Of a DNA stretch of 64,000 bases, positions 26,073 through 37,240 are shown piece by piece. Numbering within the stretch: position 1 is the stretch's first letter; each line of letters starts with the position of its first letter. The position numbers and the translations under genes were made by a program. This DNA comes from Torpedo marmorata (lineage: Eukaryota), in contig OZ360227.1 in assembly GCA_977017645.1 (NCBI GenBank), positions 16,864,001-16,928,000 on the forward strand, read 5' to 3'. The notes beneath the pieces are model-generated. The model was given only the letters and a program-made list of their open reading frames with translations, made no database searches and was not told where the DNA came from.

Positions 26073-27519
26073 ACCAGGTAGCATACAGTAGCTAAAGAAA
26101 ACTTTTAAACTTCAGTGGAACAGTCCTTTCATACATACATGATATTAAGTTGCATATTCAGAGTTACCAATTTCCAGGTAGTTTATTCTCCAAGAGCTTC
26201 ATGAGACTTCGAATGCCAAATTACCATAGTATTTACGTACAGTATACCCGGTGCACTAAATGAATTCAGACTCACACCATTAGCTAACATTAGCAGTGAA
26301 TTAATTTATTGTTTTTGCTCGTCACTCATTCTCATCATCTTATCTTTAGTGTTGTGGGTGGCTGATTGGGACCAATCAGGGCTCAAAAGGTCCTTTCACA
26401 CAGGTGGCAGAGGTGTAGGGATGCTGTAGCATTAATTGTTCTTGAGGTTACATGTCAACACTATACACACAGGATATGTTGTACCCCCATTTACTGAGTA
26501 AATTAGACCCAGACGAAAGTGCAAAACAGTAGCATTCTGGGGATCATCAATCAGGAACTACTTTGAGTGCTCAAGCCAATCCTAAACTATTGGATTCTCA
26601 AATAAATATTCTAGAACTGTTGCACAGAGTACCTTTTTAATCACACAATTAGATGAATTATTTCTTCTTTCATTTGGGTCTTTTTTTTAAAATAATGTAC
26701 AATACTATTTGGATGGTAGATGTCAAAATTCAGTTCTTTAGTTGTTTGTCTTGTACTCAATGAGCACTGAACAATGATTGCACCAATTCCCCAACTCCAG
26801 CTTTATTTCTCTTCGGATCTTATGCCCATTATAAAGCCCTTCGGACTTTTGAAATTCATCCGATGAATTACCTCAATGTTTACCATTCACTTAACAACAA
26901 TTTTAATGCAGCTATGCCGGGCCACTCCACAGGAATGTAATCAAACCAAATTCATCGTGCAGCTACATAAGGAGCTTGATTGTCGTATTAGCTTCTGGGA
27001 ACATCTTGAAGGAGGCAAGGAAGAGGGGAAATGTTTAGGGAAGAAATCAGACCCAGGGTCTTGGAAACTGAAGCAATCATTGCCATTTGTGAAGTAACAG
27101 AATTCCACCATGTCCTCACATCCAGTTACAATCGGATGACAAAAATGCACTCAGCAAATGCAATCCCACCTACATTGACCTCATGGGAGAGAAATATGCT
27201 GTGATCAACTGTGGCAAAGCCAGCAGCCAGATCAAGAAAGACAAGGAGACATAGTTGATTTAGGAGTCTGTGACTTAATACATCGTCAGGAAAATAATAA
27301 AACCAAAGCCCTGATGTGCAGTGTGAAAGACACGTGGGTGCAAGATAGACCTCTGCATGATGAGTTGCAGTGAAGCTTCAGAGTGGAATGAAGGAGCTTA
27401 GTTAAGAGTTTGTTGAGGCTTTCCTTTCCAACAGAGAGTTGAGAGAGGTGAATTAAACAGCCAGGGCATGCTCTCAAAAACTTTTCTGACACATAAAGTG
27501 ATTGCAGAAAAGATCACCA

Positions 27520-28225
27520 CTCTGAACTACCTATCAAAAAGTTGCTGTTACAAGTACCAATTCAGAAACTTGAGCACATAATCGAGACTGATACTCCACT
27601 GAGGGAGTGCTGCACTGTTAGAGGTGCAATCTAACTCACTTGTCAATGACTCAGAATCAGAGAGACATACTGCACAGAAACAGGCTCCATGGCTCACTGA
27701 GTCTGCATTGACCCATTTGAATTAGTCCTATTTCATTCTCCCCAAATTCCTATCAACTCCCCCCAGATTCTACTGCTCACCTATGCACAAGGGGGCATTA
27801 CAGTGGCCGATTAATGTACTGACCCTACCTTCTTTAGGGTGTGGGAGGAACTTTGGAACATCCCAGGGAAACCCACACGGTCACAGGGCAAAACTCCACA
27901 TAGACAGCACCTGTTCCGTGCTGTTTGACTCAGTGACCCAAGATCAGGTTCGAATGGTGCTCTCTGGTCATGTGAGACTGCAGCTCATGTTTTCCACACC
28001 ATTAGGTTATAGACGAGCAGGATAACTCTTCCTGGTGTCCTGACCAATATTTATCCCTCAAACAACATCAATAAGACAAACGTCTGGTCATTGTGGCAAG
28101 TTGGATGCTGGGTTTCTAATACATGACAGTAAATACACTTCAACAATAATGTACTGACTATAAAGTGCTCTGGGACATCAGGAGCCTGTGACCAGAAGGA
28201 TAAAAATAAATGTTATTTCTTTCAT
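27520..28225 (+). mobile_element. Deu-domain SINE (SacSINE1/AmnSINE-like), interrupted by an old V-SINE at about 27650-27980
   Basis: ttgagcacataatc...ctgagggagtgctgcactgt and ggtgtcctg.ccaatatttatccctcaa.caacatca resemble the DeuSINE body as I recall it; the two halves are split by a minus-strand V-SINE remnant. Confidence 0.65.
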
Positions 28226-28578
28226 TACAGGCTCCGACCTCCCATCCATTGAAGACATCTATGTGAGGTGCTGCCTCAAGAAGGCAGCCAACACGTGCAG
28301 AGGTAAGGCCCTTTTGGCATGATTTAGCTAACGCACTAACTAGGATCATGGGAGTAGCCTTTCCACTAGACCCGGAGTTGTATCTTTCAGGAAACCTCAT
28401 GGACATAAGCAACAGATTATCTAAATTCCAAATTCAATTTGTAAAAGTTGCTCTGTCCGTAGCAAAAAAATGCATCGCAGTTACTTGGAAGTCCGACTCC
28501 CCCCTTCTCATCACTCGATGGTCTACGGAAATGTACAGCTGTATCCCCATGGAAAAAATTACATGTAGTCTTAGAAAT

Positions 28579-29315
28579 AATGGGAGAGCATTGATGAATA
28601 CAGAAGAGCAGAAAGATTTAGGAGTAACCGTGCATCGTTCCCTGAAGGTAGAAACTCATGTGAATAGGGTGGTGAAGAAGGCTTTTAGTATGCTGGCCTT
28701 TATCAATCATTGCATAGAATATAGGAGTTGGGAAGTGATGTTGAGATTATATAAGGCGTTGGTGCGGCCTAATTTAGAGTTCTCTGTGCAGTTCTGGTCG
28801 CCAAATTATAGGAAGGATATCAACAGAGTGGAGAGAGTGCAGAGAAGATTTACCAGAATGTTACCTGGGTTTAAGCATCTAGAGTACAAGGAGAGATTGA
28901 GCAGATTAGGTCTTTATTCTTTGGAGCGTAGAAGGTTGAGAGGGGATTTGATAGAAGTATTTAAGATTATGAAAGGAATAGACAGAGTGGATGTGGATAG
29001 ACTATTTCCGTTAAGAGTAGGAGAGATTGAAACAAGAGGACATGAGTTAAGAGTTAAGGGGCAGAGGTTTAGAGGTAACATGAGGGGGAACTTCCTTACT
29101 CAGAGAGTGGTAGCGGTGTGGAATGAGCTTCCGGGAGAAGTAGTGGCGGCAGAGTCAATTTTATTATTTAAGAAAAAGTTGGACAGGTATATGGATGAGA
29201 AGGAGGTGGAGGGTTATGGGCAGAGTGCAGGTAGGTGGAACTAGAGAGGAGTGTTTGGTTCGGTGCGGACTAGAAGGGCCTAATGGCCTGTTTCTGTGCT
29301 GTAATTGTTATATGG
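28579..29315 (+). mobile_element. CR1-clade LINE 3' fragment inserted into the L1 ORF2
   Basis: EQKDLGV...LYKALVRPNLE...VERVQRRFTRML...QRVVAVWNELP; tail ggcctgtttctgtgctgt. Confidence 0.9.
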
Positions 29316-29542
29316 TTAAAGTGTGGCCACTGTACTTGGAGCACATTGGTTCTCAGTTGGTAATCAAACCCCTGAGGTATGGTATAATGTAATGTATAAT
29401 TATTTTAAGGGTGTGTCATCCCCAAATACTTGGGAAAAAAAAGTTGTAAGCGCTGTCGGTATGTTTAGTTTTCTTTTCTTTTTCTTTTTCTTTTGTCTTG
29501 GTTTTATTCTTTCTGGGTGGGGAAGGGAGGGTTAAGGGGTGA

Positions 29543-29934
29543 TGTGGCGGCCCGCCGCTGCGGCAATCGAGCCAGCTCTCCGAGCGGCGAGCCCAACCAA
29601 AGGCCAGTAGCCCACGCAGCGGCACTGGCCCAACAAGCGAACTGGCAGGTAAACGGCAAGGGCAGCTTAAAGGCCAGTGGCCCCAAAATGGCGCTGGCCT
29701 TGCTGCACAGCCTACAGTCAGGGACAACGCGCGGGGAAGAAGGTTATTGTTATGCAGGAAAGTACCCGCGCGCGGGAAACTCGCCTTTGTCATGTATAAC
29801 CGTTGGTCAGTAAGAGCAGGCCACGGCGGGAACTGATTTATTATAAAGGTCGGGCTCGAGCCCGAATAAAGACACAGAACTTAACCCGACTACACAACGT
29901 GTGTGTGTCTTCTTTCAAGTAGTGCGCTGCTACA
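29543..29934 (+). repeat. Gypsy 5' LTR (392 bp)
   Basis: Direct repeat of 33145-33537; contains TATAAA and AATAAA. Confidence 0.95.
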
Positions 29935-29975
29935 ATTGGTGACCCTGTCGGTTTAGACGGCATCTAAACCCAACA

Positions 29976-30668
29976 ATGAGTGAACAGGCAGCAGTCAACA
30001 CGGTCGCTCTCAAGCTGCCGACCTTTTGGACAAATCAACCACGCGTGTGGTTTGACCAGGCAGAGGCACAGTTCCAGATCCGGCAAATTACAGCAGAATC
30101 CATCCGGTACTACCATGTGGTGAGCGCCCTGGACCAGGACACAGCGGGCCGGGTGGCCAACTTCATTCAGGACCCCTCATCGGAAGGCGCATATACCGCG
30201 TTCAGGGACATGCTAATTGAGACCTTCGGGGTCTCACGGCGTGAGAGAGGAGCACGACTGCTCCACGTGGATGGGTTAGGAGACAGACCCCCGTCAGCCC
30301 TCATGAACGAGATGCTGGCCCTCCTGGGTAAACACGAGCCCTGCATCATGTTCAAGCAGGCGTTCCTGGAACAACTGCCCGAGAGCATCCAACTACTCCT
30401 GGCCGATGCGGTTTTTTGCGACCCACGGAAAGTCGCAGCACGAGTGGACATTCTGTGGAAACAGAAAAGAGAGTGCTCGGCATCCGTGGGCCTCGTCACC
30501 AAACCCCACAGCCAGACCCGCACAGAGCCACCGAGAGAGCGGCAGTGCCCCAGAGGAGACGATCCGGACAACCAGTGGTGTTTCTACCACCAGAGATGGG
30601 GCGCCGGAGCCCACCAGTGCAGGCCTCCATGCACGTTTCAGGGAAACACCGGGGCCAACCGTTGCTAA
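29976..30668 (+). CDS. Gypsy gag-like ORF, 230 aa
   Basis: LKLPTFW...PRVWFDQAEAQF N-terminus and C-terminal CFYHQRWG..AHQCRPPC Cys/His motif, typical of this gypsy gag type. Confidence 0.85.
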   Translation: MSEQAAVNTVALKLPTFWTNQPRVWFDQAEAQFQIRQITAESIRYYHVVSALDQDTAGRVANFIQDPSSEGAYTAFRDMLIETFGVSRRERGARLLHVDGLGDRPPSALMNEMLALLGKHEPCIMFKQAFLEQLPESIQLLLADAVFCDPRKVAARVDILWKQKRECSASVGLVTKPHSQTRTEPPRERQCPRGDDPDNQWCFYHQRWGAGAHQCRPPCTFQGNTGANRC

Positions 30669-32110
30669 TGGCCACGACAGCTGGCCACCAAGACAGCCTC
30701 CTGTACATTTGGGACCGCCAGTCCGGACGACACTTTCTAGTAGACACAGGAGCAGAGGTCAGTGTCCTGCCCCCGTCGGGACAGGACACCAGGAACAAGC
30801 AGTCGGGCCCCACGCTGAGGGCTGCCAACAACAGCACGATCCGGACCTACGGTACCCGTAGGGCCCAACTGTTGTTAGGAAGCAGCCCCTTCCCGTGGGT
30901 GTCACGCTGGCCGCAGTGGAACAGCCGCTCCTCGGGCCGGACTTCCTGCGTGCCCACAACCTACTAGTGGATCTCAAGGGAAGGAGATTGGTCCATGCCA
31001 GGACTTTTAAAACCTTCCCCCTCAAAGACGCCCAGCTCCCAGCATTCCACCTGGACTCCGTGCAGAGGTCGGACAATGAGTACGCCAGGGTCCTGGCCAA
31101 GTTCCCTACAGTGCTTACCCCCCAATTCACCACGGTGATGCCCCGACATGGAGTACAGCACCACATCCTGACCCAGGGCCCGCTGCTCCACGCAAGGGCA
31201 AGACGCCTCCCTCCGGAGATACTCCAGCTGGCGAAGGAGGAGTTCAGGAAGCTGGAGGAGCTCGGCATCGTCCAGCGGTCAGACGGCCCATGGGCTTCTC
31301 CCCTGCATATGGTAGCCAAAACAACTGGGGGCTGGAGACCATGTGGCGACTACCGCCGGCTCAACGAGGCCACGACACCGGATCGATACCCCGTGCCGCA
31401 CATCCAGGACTTCACGGCTAACCTGCACGGGGCAAAGATTTTCTCCAAGGTGGACCTCGTGCGGGGATATCATCAGATTCCGGTACGCCGCGAGGATATC
31501 CCCAAGACCGCTATCATCACCCCGTCCGGACTTTTTGAATTCCTGTGAATGCCGTTTGGGTTAAAGAACGCCGCACAGACCTTCCAGCGACTTATGGACG
31601 CGGTGGGCCGAGACCTGGACGGCACCTTTCTGGCGCTGTACTTAGTCATCCGCCACTTCAGGTAGTTCCTACAGGGCAGGCCCTTTACGGTGTTCACAGA
31701 CCACAAGCCCCTAACTTTCACCTTGGCAAAAATTTCAGACCCCTGGTCGGCCCGCCAGCAACGACACCTGTTTTACATCTTGGAATACACCACGAACGTA
31801 AGGCACGTTTCTGGCAAGGACAATGTAGTGGCCGATGCACTGTCCAGACAGAGTATCCAGGCACTATCGAAGGGGATGGATTTCGTAGCACTGGCGGAGG
31901 CGCAATGGAAGGAAAAGGAGATGCCCAAGTACAGGACTGCCTTATCGGGACTACAGCTCCGGGACATCCCAGTCGGCACAGGTAAGACCACCCTCCTGTG
32001 CGACGTTGCCACCGGTCAAATCAGACCCATCGTCCCGGCAGCTTGGAGATGACAGGTTTTCGACTCCAGGCACGGGCTGGCTCACCCATCCATCAGGACC
32101 ACGGTCCGGC
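30641..32110 (+). pseudogene. Disrupted Gypsy pol (protease, RT, partial RNase H)
   Basis: Protease FLVDTGAEVSVL; frameshift near 30890; [34 protein letters not shown]; in-frame TGA at 31546; RT joins RNase H (FTDHKPL, NVVADALSR) with the catalytic YxDD segment missing. Confidence 0.88.
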
Positions 32111-32112
32111 TG

Positions 32113-33066
32113 GTGGCCAGCAAATACGTGTGGCATGGATTACGAAAACAGGTCAGCAGGTGGGCGAAGGTGTGCACGCAATGCCAAACAGCCAAGGTAC
32201 AGCGACACACCAAGACCCCACCTCAGCACTTCGAGCCCGCAGAACGAAGGTTCGACCACATCCATGTGGATATAGTAGGACCCTTGCCGGTATCGCAGGG
32301 GTTCCGTTATTTATTCACGATGGTCGACCGCTTCACCAGGTGGCCAGAGGCAATCCCGCTGGCAGACACGTCCACGACCTCGTGCGCCAGAGCCCTCATC
32401 TCCTCCTGGGTGGCACGGTTCGGGTTACCATCCCACATCACATCCGACAGAGGGGCCCAGTTCACCTCCAGTCTGTGGTCTGACCTCGCCAGCCTGTGGG
32501 GAGCTCAGCTGCATCACACAACAGCTTACCACCCACAGTCCAATGGATTGGTGGAGCGCTTCCACAGGCACCTCAAGACCGCGCTCATGACCAGACTCCA
32601 AGGTCCCAACTGGGTAGACGAGCTACCATGGGCGCTGTTGGGCATCCGCACGGCACCCAAGGAGGACCTCCAAACCTCTTCAGCCGAACTCGTCTACGGA
32701 GCTCCGTTGGTGGTCCCGGGAGAACTCGTGCCATCCCCAGGCGGGCAACAGGATGACTCCGTGGCATTCCTCGGCAAGCTAAGGGAAAGAATCGGCAACC
32801 TGGCCCTGATTCCACCTTCCAGGCACGGACACGCGAGGACCAGCGTACCCAAAGACCTACAGGACTGTGAGTATGTTTTCATTCGCAGGTGTCCACATCG
32901 TCCACCGCTCCAGAGGCCATACGAGGGTCCGTTCCAGGTCGTCCGCAACAACGGGGCCACGTTTGAGTTGGAGGTCGGAGGCAAGATGGAGGTGTTCACC
33001 ACGGACAGGCTGAAGCCGGCACACCTGGACCCGGCGCGCTCGGTCGAGACACCAGCACCACGCTGA
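32113..33066 (+). CDS. Gypsy integrase domain (open reading frame remnant)
   Basis: CxxC zinc finger, DDE core (HIHVDIVGP, ITSDRGAQF, NGLVERFH) and GPY/F motif (YEGPFQV). Confidence 0.9.
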   Translation: MASKYVWHGLRKQVSRWAKVCTQCQTAKVQRHTKTPPQHFEPAERRFDHIHVDIVGPLPVSQGFRYLFTMVDRFTRWPEAIPLADTSTTSCARALISSWVARFGLPSHITSDRGAQFTSSLWSDLASLWGAQLHHTTAYHPQSNGLVERFHRHLKTALMTRLQGPNWVDELPWALLGIRTAPKEDLQTSSAELVYGAPLVVPGELVPSPGGQQDDSVAFLGKLRERIGNLALIPPSRHGHARTSVPKDLQDCEYVFIRRCPHRPPLQRPYEGPFQVVRNNGATFELEVGGKMEVFTTDRLKPAHLDPARSVETPAPR

Positions 33067-33144
33067 AGAGGCAGGCTACCGAAGGCCACAGAGACTTTGC
33101 CTCAGGGTACCAAAGACAATAGCACCGGTTCTGAGGGGGGGTCA

Positions 33145-33537
33145 TGTGGCGGCCCGCCGCCGCGGCGATCGAGCCGGCTCTACGGGCGGTGAGCGCAACC
33201 AAAGGCCAGCAGCCCGCGCAGCGGCTCTGTCCCCAACAAGCGAACCGGCAGGTAAACGGCAAGGGCAGCTTTAAGGCCAGCGGCCCCAAAATGGCGCTGG
33301 CCTTGCTGCATAGCCAACATTCAGGGACAGCGCGCGGGGAAGAAGGTTATTGTTATGCAGGAAAGTACCCGCGCGCGGGAAACCCGCCTTTGTCATGTAT
33401 AACCGGTGGTCAGTAAGAGCAGGCCACAGCGGGAACTGATTTATTATAAAGGTCGGGCTCGAGCCCGAATAAAGACACAGAACTTAACCCGACTACACAA
33501 CGTGTGTGTGTCTTCTTTCAAGTAGCGTGCTGCTACA
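33145..33537 (+). repeat. Gypsy 3' LTR (393 bp)
   Basis: Direct repeat of the 5' LTR, preceded by the PPT. Confidence 0.95.
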
Positions 33538-34017
33538 GTGTAATGTATTCTGTACTTGATACGTTTGAAATTTGTATATATTTCGTGATTGTTTATAATG
33601 TTTTGTGAAAATTTCTGAAAATGAAAAATAAAATATTTTTTAAAAAAAAAGAAGGCAGCCAACATCATAAAGAACCTCCATCACCCTCATCACAACCTCT
33701 TCTTACTGCTACCTTCAGGCAGAAAGTGCAGAAGCCTGTAAACCAACACGTCTAGGTTTAAGAACAGTTTCTTTCCAACAGCTATCAAGCTCTTGAACCT
33801 CCCCTTGTTACACTGATCAGGAACTACTCCAACACCAGATAAGAACTGTTTGCACTATTGTCTCACTCTTCTTTATGCTAGGATTACTGTGAATGTTTAT
33901 TATCCATCTATCTTATGCATTTATTGTTTTTTTTAAATTCAATTAGGTTTACTAGTATAGTTTTTTATATAAATACCTGTTTGGCTACTGCAAGTAAGAA
34001 CTTTGGTGCATATATAC

Positions 34018-34194
34018 TGTTACAAATTCAAACCAGCAACGACAGAAGACGCAATGCAAAAGGGGTAAAATTGAAATTTATATTTATTAAAGACAATTAA
34101 ACATATAATTTCTTAACAATTAACCCCACAATTAACTATAAACACAATTCTTATCTAAAGAATGTGTGTGAGTGTGAGTGTGAGTGTGAGTGTG

Positions 34195-34236
<42 letters not shown>

Positions 34237-34929
34237 AAGCCCAGACCATTACAGTCTGTGCCCGACCCTCATGTAAAATTGGAAAACCTTCCCCAAAACC
34301 CCCAGGTCAGTCATAAAAATAAGTCAGTCCCAAAAATACAGTCCACAAAAATCACTCTCTATGTTCAGGGTCCAAATTCAGCTCTGTGTGATGGCATGAA
34401 GGACTTCTTAATGAACGTTGGTGAGAGAGACAATGACTGTTTAAGCTTACGAACGCTTGGCCTGCTTTTCTTCCCTTATGACTTTCCTTTTGGTAGGTGC
34501 ACGAGGATTGCGATTCCAAATCAGTATACCACTGATTGAGGCGTATACTTGGATCTCACAGCCTGTCTCGCTGATCTCATGCCTGTTCTTCACAAAAGTT
34601 GCTTTATCTCATTCTTTTACTGATAAAGGAGGCCATGAGCTCTTCTCCACAGTCTTTCTAGCTGGAATGCACAAGCCTCTGGTGTTGCTCCAGCCTTTTG
34701 CAACTCCAAACTGAATGCTTTTTGCAGTGGTTTGCACCTGCTTTTGCAAAAGTGCAACAAAGTATCTTTCCACAGCCTGTCTCTCTCTCTCTATGTGTGT
34801 CTCTCTCTGAGCACACCCAGTCTTGGGCAAGTTAACTCTTTCAGTACCTGGTCTCAGTGTGTACTCCAAAAGACTTAATCCTTCCTGCTGACCGTCCGCA
34901 GTCCAAATGGTCAGTCATGGTCCATAACA
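34018..34929. mobile_element. Solo LTR (912 bp) of a different LTR family
   Basis: Termini TGTTA...TAACA; 4-bp TSD ATAC (34014-34017 and 34930-34933); cleanly interrupts the REX1-like tail. Contains (GTGAGT)n/(GT)n at about 34163-34233. Probably minus orientation (AATAAA on minus near 34083). Confidence 0.78.
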
Positions 34930-35019
34930 ATACATTGTACAATGTATATGACAATAAACTCATTATATTTATTCAAATGTTTTACTGTGATCAGCAGGTT
35001 TGTCCAAGAAATTGAAAAA

Positions 35020-35275
35020 CCATGGTTAGTATAGCGGTTAGCACAATACTATTACAGCATTAATGACCCAGGTTCGAATCCGGCACTGTCTGTAAGGAGT
35101 TTGTACTTTCTGCCCGTGACCTGCATGGGTTTCCTCCGGGTGCTCCGGTTTCCTCTCATATTCCAAACACTTACAGGTTCAGTAGGTTAATTGTCACATG
35201 GGTGTATTTGGGCAGTGCAGGCTCATGAGCCAGAAGAGCCTGTTACCATGCTGTATCTCTAAATTTTTAAAAAAT
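35020..35275 (+). mobile_element. V-SINE (HE1-like)
   Basis: ggttcgaatcc B box and gggtttcctccgggtgctccggtttcct V-domain. Confidence 0.8.
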
Positions 35276-35284
35276 CAACTTAAA

Positions 35285-35660
35285 TTGGATCAGCTGGGAT
35301 TAGTCTCATGTAGGAGGCTAACGGGTGACCTTATCGAGGTTTATAAAATTATGAGGGACGTATACTGGATCAACAGAGTAGTTTTCCCAGAGCAGTGGCA
35401 CCTAGATCTAGAGGGCACACTTCTCAGATGAGATGGGAGACATTAAATGGAGATCTGAGGATTGGCTTTTTCACACAGAGGGTCATGAATAACTGGAATG
35501 AGCTGATAGCATCAGATACAACATTTAAAAGATATTTGAACACGCATTTGGAGAGGAAAGGAGGAGAGGGATATGGGCCTCATGTGGGCAAATAGGAATT
35601 ATTACAGACAGGCATCATGATCAGCGTGGGTGAGGTGGGCACGTGGGCCACTGACTGTTC
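35285..35660 (+). mobile_element. Degenerate CR1 3' fragment
   Basis: RRLTGDLIEVYKIMR and FFTQRVMNNWNEL. Confidence 0.75.
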
Positions 35661-36639
35661 CTACAGTGGAGCAAGTGGGCGACTAACCTCAGCTTGAACT
35701 GTTCGTATACTTGGTCGGTACTTGGTGTCTTCCATCTGGAAGGTTGGAAGTAACAAGATTGTATTCTCAAACTTGGGCCTGGTGTGCATTACCTGAACTA
35801 ACCAGCTACAACAAGCAAGGAAGATTAAATGCCCCCAAACAGAATTCTTTAAAATGAAGGTGTTTGGTAGGGAGGACAGAGGGAAGGTGTTTCCACTTGT
35901 GAGAGGACCCAGAAATCCAGAGAGAAATATATCTGACAAGGAATTCAGGAATGACTTTGCTTCCAGTATGGTGACAATAGAGCTTGTTATCGTGGATAAT
36001 TACACCAGGGAAACAGGCCATTCAGCCCACCGAGTTCTTACCACCCATTTACACAAATCCTTCATTCTTCTCATTTCTTTTCTCCCACATTCTCACCAAT
36101 TTCCCAGATTCTGCCCCTCACCTGCAAACCTGTCGCAACGTACAGCAATCAATTAACCAATTGCCACTCCTGTCTTTGAGACGTGGGAGGAAACTGCAGC
36201 ACCCAGGGCAGACCCACAGGGTCACAGGGGGAACGTGCAAACCCCAGGCAGACAGCACTCAAGGTGAGGATTGATCCTGTTTTTTTATTTTAATGTAATT
36301 TTAAATTTTTTAATATTTAGAGTTACAGCACAGTAACAAGTAGTAATAGTGTTATGCCAACCGCTTCACTAACTGTGCCGGTTTCTGGAGCTGCACCACT
36401 GTACCACTGTAGTCCCTTACCTCAAAGCCCCTTGTGTAGTAGGAACCCTTTTCTCTGCTGCAAGTTACCACTGAATCTGCTTCAATCGGATTGATTTCCA
36501 AACCATAACAATGCAATGATTACAACTCGAGTTGGAATTCTGCAACTTTGTTAACATATGTCCCTGTAGACTTACTTAAAAAGATAGATCATTTTCACAA
36601 GATAAGTCTCTACATTTAAAACACATCAAGAACAACTTG

Positions 36640-37240
36640 ATTGATTGGAAGATCATTTTGTTGAGCACTTTTGCTCTGCCCGCTGCAATAGCAAGGACCG
36701 CCCCGTGGCCTGCCACTTCAATTCCACACCCCATTGCCACACTATCATGTCTGTCCATGGCCTCTTACTGCCAAGTTGAGGCTACTTGTAAATTGGACGA
36801 ACAGCACCTTACATTGCGTCTCAGCAGTCTTCAACCAGATGGCATCAACATCGACTTCTCCAATTTCCACAACCCTCTCTCCTGGTCTCTCTCTTTTCCT
36901 CATCCCTCCGACTCCCCTCGTCCAGTGCCACACCTACTCCCCTTCCTTCTCCTATCAGAGAGCTACCTTTCTCAGCCCTCTGCCCCCTCCCCCATCATCT
37001 CTCAGCTCGTTTCTCTTCTTCCCCCTCCCATCTATATCCACCTGCTAGCTGGGTGCTCCTCCCTCTCCCCTTCCCGCCCAACCTTCTTATTCGGGTGTCT
37101 GCCTGATTTTCGGCACTCCTGGGGAAGGGCTCAGGCCCTAAACGTTTACTGCCTTTTGCTTTGTACGGATGCTGTGTGCCCTGCTGAGTTTCTGCAGCAC
37201 TTTTGTGTACTGCACTAAACCCCAGACTTCTGTTTACCTC
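36640..37240 (+). mobile_element. Penelope-like element 3' fragment (GIY-YIG endonuclease C-terminal region and tail)
   Basis: Frameshifted PVACHFNS.PH...KLDEQHLTLRLSSLQPDGINIDFSNF, then a pyrimidine-rich spacer and the gaagggctcaggccc.aaacg...ctgctgagt tail. Confidence 0.75.

Larger units (their letters stand above)
29543..33537 (+). mobile_element. Ty3/Gypsy LTR retrotransposon, near full length but defective
   Basis: Direct LTRs TG...CA at 29543-29934 and 33145-33537; PBS TGGTGACCC at 29937; G-rich PPT at about 33133-33141; gag-PR-RT-RH-IN order; flanks GTGA/GTGT (imperfect 4-bp TSD). Confidence 0.95.
28294..33648 (+). mobile_element. 5'-truncated L1/Tx1-clade LINE with A tail and 16-bp TSD; itself interrupted by CR1 and Gypsy
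   Basis: ORF2 C-terminus VAKKCIAVTWKSD...CIPMEKIT.SLRN...KVWPLY, homologous to the copy at 54977-55825. aaataaaa and A-run at 33626-33650. TSD AAGAAGGCAGCCAACA at 28278-28293 and 33649-33664. Confidence 0.85.
28230..34975 (+). mobile_element. REX1-like LINE 3' fragment hosting nested insertions (host pieces 28230-28293, 33649-34017, 34930-34975)
   Basis: The pieces join into a continuous sequence collinear with the uninterrupted copy at 24255-24700. Confidence 0.75.

Noticed and set aside
29976-30668. Domesticated gag-derived host gene
   Set aside because: It is still flanked by two similar LTRs, PBS and PPT and nested in an L1, so it is better explained as a relatively recent TE copy.
29416-33416. 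Antisense and LTR-encoded ORFs in the Gypsy element (possible env or accessory genes)
   Set aside because: GC-rich shadow ORFs with no recognisable domain or transmembrane segment; integrase ends about 80 bp before the 3' LTR, leaving no room for env.
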